Source: a virus (lineage: Duplodnaviria; Heunggongvirae; Uroviricota; Caudoviricetes). Taken from it: DNA of 64,000 nucleotides. How positions within the stretch are numbered: the first letter of the stretch is position 1; each line of letters begins with the position of its first letter. The stretch covers positions 15,284 through 79,283 of the IMG/VR virus record IMGVR_UViG_3300017778_003242; one strand, 5' to 3'. The notes beneath the pieces are model-generated. The model ran no database searches. It was not told the origin of the DNA and was given only the letters and a program-made list of their open reading frames with translations. Position numbers and translations under genes: made by a program. Positions 63,957-64,000 of this stretch are shown here, in pieces.

Positions 63957-64000
63957 AGTAGTCACCGCCAACGCCAGACACGGCGTAACCACCGGCGACG
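63957..64000 (-). CDS. C-terminal fragment of a further glycine-rich gene, truncated at the window end
   Basis: Frame reading ...VAGGYAVSGVGGDY* with TAATG overlap to the next gene. Confidence 0.35.

Noticed and set aside
1-64000. CRISPR array, integrase, attachment sites and repressor
   Set aside because: No regularly spaced identical repeats with unique spacers were seen. No tyrosine or serine recombinase motifs and no CI-like repressor were recognisable. The tRNA is flanked by phage genes on both sides, so the window cannot be called an integrated prophage.

Overview
The window is a roughly 60% GC tailed-phage (siphovirus-like) genome segment. No integrase, repressor or host housekeeping genes are visible, so this is either a lytic phage or the interior of a prophage.

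Layout, left to right:
1. 1-6 kb, + strand: DNA-metabolism module. It holds a family-A DNA polymerase C-terminus (truncated at the window start), a HAD-type deoxynucleotidase, an SNF2-like helicase, a T4-gp1-like dNMP kinase, a VRR-NUC nuclease and a class II (B12-dependent) ribonucleotide reductase with the NPCGE active site.
2. 6-43 kb, - strand: one long leftward late/middle transcription direction.
   - The last gene is an HTH + calcineurin-like phosphoesterase.
   - A lysis cassette follows (holin, overlapped Rz/Rz1-like spanins).
   - A GTA-like tail module follows: tail fibre, host-specificity protein, BR0599/DUF2163, DUF2460, tape measure, and a G/GT chaperone pair with an AAAAAAC -1 slippery site.
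   - Then come the major tail and head-tail connector proteins, HK97-fold capsid, scaffold, GH108 endolysin, portal, large terminase and putative small terminase.
   - Upstream of the terminase lies an unusual accessory block: ThyX, a SAM methyltransferase, two GT9-family glycosyltransferases, a DUF2815 SSB-like protein, an HNH endonuclease, an SPFH/band-7 protein, a nucleotidyltransferase-like protein and a strongly acidic protein.
   - A tRNA-Ile(GAU) gene closes the block.
3. 43.9-50.2 kb: AT-rich regulatory region. It contains about 12 small + strand genes. Several sit behind near-identical promoter/operator cassettes, and each gene is followed by a terminator plus a TTAA-N7-TTAA(G/C) hairpin. 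A GAAGTCCCC-NNGGCCT iteron cluster and dense TTAACC/TTAACCAT (CtrA-box-like) motif arrays are also present.
4. 50-62.5 kb, + strand: about 30 small early-type genes. These include a ribosomal bL12 (L7/L12) C-terminal-domain homolog, a UvrD-like SF1 helicase and an HslV-like Thr1 peptidase. There is also a roughly 450 nt GNRA-hairpin-rich candidate structured RNA.
5. 62.6-64 kb, - strand: glycine-rich fibre-like genes running off the window end.

All calls rest on motif-level reading of the translations and the DNA. No database searches were run.
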